The notes under the pieces are model-generated. The model saw only the letters and a program-made list of their open reading frames with translations. It was not told the DNA's origin and did not search any database. Below are positions 62,207 through 64,000 of a stretch of 64,000 nt of DNA, piece by piece (positions within the stretch are counted from its first letter, which is position 1; each line of letters starts with the position of its first letter). The position numbers and the translations under genes are program-made. The stretch comes from an uncultured Verrucomicrobiae bacterium (GTDB lineage: Bacteria > Verrucomicrobiota > Verrucomicrobiia > Chthoniobacterales > UBA10450), in assembly GCA_963834385.1 (NCBI GenBank), contig CAWIBO010000005.1:704001-768000 (forward strand), given 5' to 3'.

Positions 62207-62986
62207 TGTGTCGCCGTCCTCCGAACTGCTTCGCAGTTTCGCTTCACAAAGCCGAAGAGAGAGGAAAAGTTCTGCGATCACGCGTTGCACCACATAAAAC
62301 CACCCGGACCAGCCGTCTAAAGCCAACCCTTTGACGAAAAGCAGGTAAAGGAACATCACCGGCGGCGCCAGGAAGACTTTCTTTCTTAACCGATCGGCAA
62401 AGTTAAGGGCGGCATCTGAGGTCTGCAGTAAATGGGCCACCTCGATCTGGGCATACCGATCCTGAGCTGCGAGCCAGCGCGTTAAAGGTTTTCGATCGTC
62501 GTGGACAATTTCTCCGGTCAAGCGCGCAACTTCGCCGGTAATAACGAGCCTTTGGGTGTGCCCATCATCAACGTAATGGGCGCCCTCACGTCGAAAAAGG
62601 ACAATGTGAGCGGGATAGACTGACGTTCGGAGATTTCTGCTAAAGATCCTAAACTGAAAGCAAGCAGAGTAACCATTCGCCGTTGCAGGTATCAGATCCT
62701 GAATTTCCCTCGCCAACGCCGCTGTAACCTCGTAATCCGCATCGAGCGCGAGGACCCAACTAGTTGAAATCTGTCCTAGCCCAAAATTCCACTGCGCCGC
62801 GTGCGTGTCAAAATCACGTGAAATCGCGATGACGCCGGGATGACACTCTCTTGCTCTCTGTATCGTGTCGTCGGTACTGAAACTATCGATGATGACAATT
62901 TTTTCCAGCCAATGCAGAGCCCTTACCGTGCGTTCAATATTCTCGTTCTCATTATAAGTCAGAATGAGCGCGGTTATTGATAGCAT
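62198..62986 (-). CDS. glycosyltransferase family 2
   Basis: ILTYNENENI, DSFSTD, LDAD, HDDRKP. Confidence 0.93.
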   Translation of the reverse strand: MLSITALILTYNENENIERTVRALHWLEKIVIIDSFSTDDTIQRARECHPGVIAISRDFDTHAAQWNFGLGQISTSWVLALDADYEVTAALAREIQDLIPATANGYSACFQFRIFSRNLRTSVYPAHIVLFRREGAHYVDDGHTQRLVITGEVARLTGEIVHDDRKPLTRWLAAQDRYAQIEVAHLLQTSDAALNFADRLRKKVFLAPPVMFLYLLFVKGLALDGWSGWFYVVQRVIAELFLSLRLCEAKLRSSSEDGDTKR

Positions 62987-62991
62987 ATCAA

Positions 62992-64000
62992 TTAATTTTG
63001 TTGCAGCGATCGATACAGATCGACGAGCGCGTCGGCCACTGCGCGTCTCGAGTAACACCTTTCTCCCATCTGTCGGCCTCGTTCAGACATCTCAGCGGCC
63101 GCCTTGGGATTTGTCAGTATCCAGTCAATCGCATCAGCAATGGACTCCGGGTTTCGTTCGACGACCATTCCGCCATCCACCGCACGGACCTCACTGCTGA
63201 TTGCTACTTCGGGAGAAATGATCACGGGAATGCCGGCTGAGTAGTGCCTCCGCCGGCGCAATGCCGAAATTCTCGGAGGCAGAAGGCAAGACAAACACTT
63301 TTGCAGCTGCGAAGGCGGCGGCCTTTTCCTCCGGCCGTAAATGACCTGTCCACACGATGTGCCCCTCCAGAAACTGTTTCGTAACGAGTCTTTTCAGCTC
63401 GGTGACAAACGATTCCTCACCATCGCCGGCAATGACAAGCAATAAGGCAGGATGCTGATTGAGCAGTTTACCCAACGCTTCCAGCAAAAGCTCAATCCCT
63501 TTCTTCCGATCGATTCGGGAGAGGAACAGGATTACATCCCGATGCGTGACACCAGGAAAGCAATTACTGAAGGCCGCTGGCCCGGCTCTTTTAGGCACAG
63601 CCACCGGCAGAGGAATGATAGCTGTGCGCTTCACTGCGACCTCACGCCCAACATCAAGTGCTTCAGCCGCCTCCGCCTCCGACGTAAAATGCAGGGCGGC
63701 AGCTCCGCGAATCATTGGAAGCTCGACAACCTTTAGAGAAAGCTTTTTTGACCAAGCCCGCCGATTTGCCAAGCCCCATCGATTCAGGACACCAAGCGGC
63801 CGAATAATATAGGGAACGCCCGCTCGCCATGCAGCAGCAGCAGCAGCCGTGCTCAGAAATGAAAACACGGCATGAATGTGAATTACATCATACTCTCGCG
63901 CATGCGTCCGGAGCCAAAACGCCGCGCCGATCGAAATCTTGTATCGCAAGACGTTGCGCGGGAAGTACACGAAGTTGACGCCATCTTCCCGGATATGCTG
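62992..64000 (-). CDS. glycosyltransferase family 4, 5' end outside window; +1 frameshift ~63242
   Basis: HIHAVFS, SRIDRKKG, SENFGIAPAEAL-SAGIPV. Confidence 0.9.

Overview
High-GC bacterial chromosome segment, most likely Verrucomicrobiota (Chthoniobacterales-like). This assignment is an inference from gene content, the PTPTP linkers and the repeat style. The first ~48 kb are mostly housekeeping genes: rpsN, sucC-VOC-sucD-gltA, pgm, lnt, an ABC exporter with a permease-amidohydrolase fusion, namZ, tgt-yajC-secDF, rpsU, ccsA-hemA-hemC-cobA/hemD, apt, queFC, metH and tRNA-Glu(CTC). This part also holds an unusual GrpE / lid-less Hsp70 / (HPD-less J-like + FGE-fold) chaperone triad, and a His/Cys-rich protein next to a DUF4242-cyclase. 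The last ~16 kb are an exopolysaccharide locus (OM beta-barrel, Wza, Wzc, O-antigen-ligase-like protein, priming sugar transferase, AsnB, glycosyltransferases). It is interleaved with a patterned mosaic of 7-bp tandem repeats and short GC hairpins. These repeats bracket small cargo genes as inverted arrays (four-helix-bundle gene, small PVC-type protein) and are translated inside the O-antigen ligase. They also sit exactly at the junction between a truncated toxin-antitoxin pair and a duplicated glycosyltransferase 3' end. Together this suggests a repeat-delimited, integrase-free cassette/recombination system. Many single-base frameshifts in conserved genes look like long-read sequencing errors.
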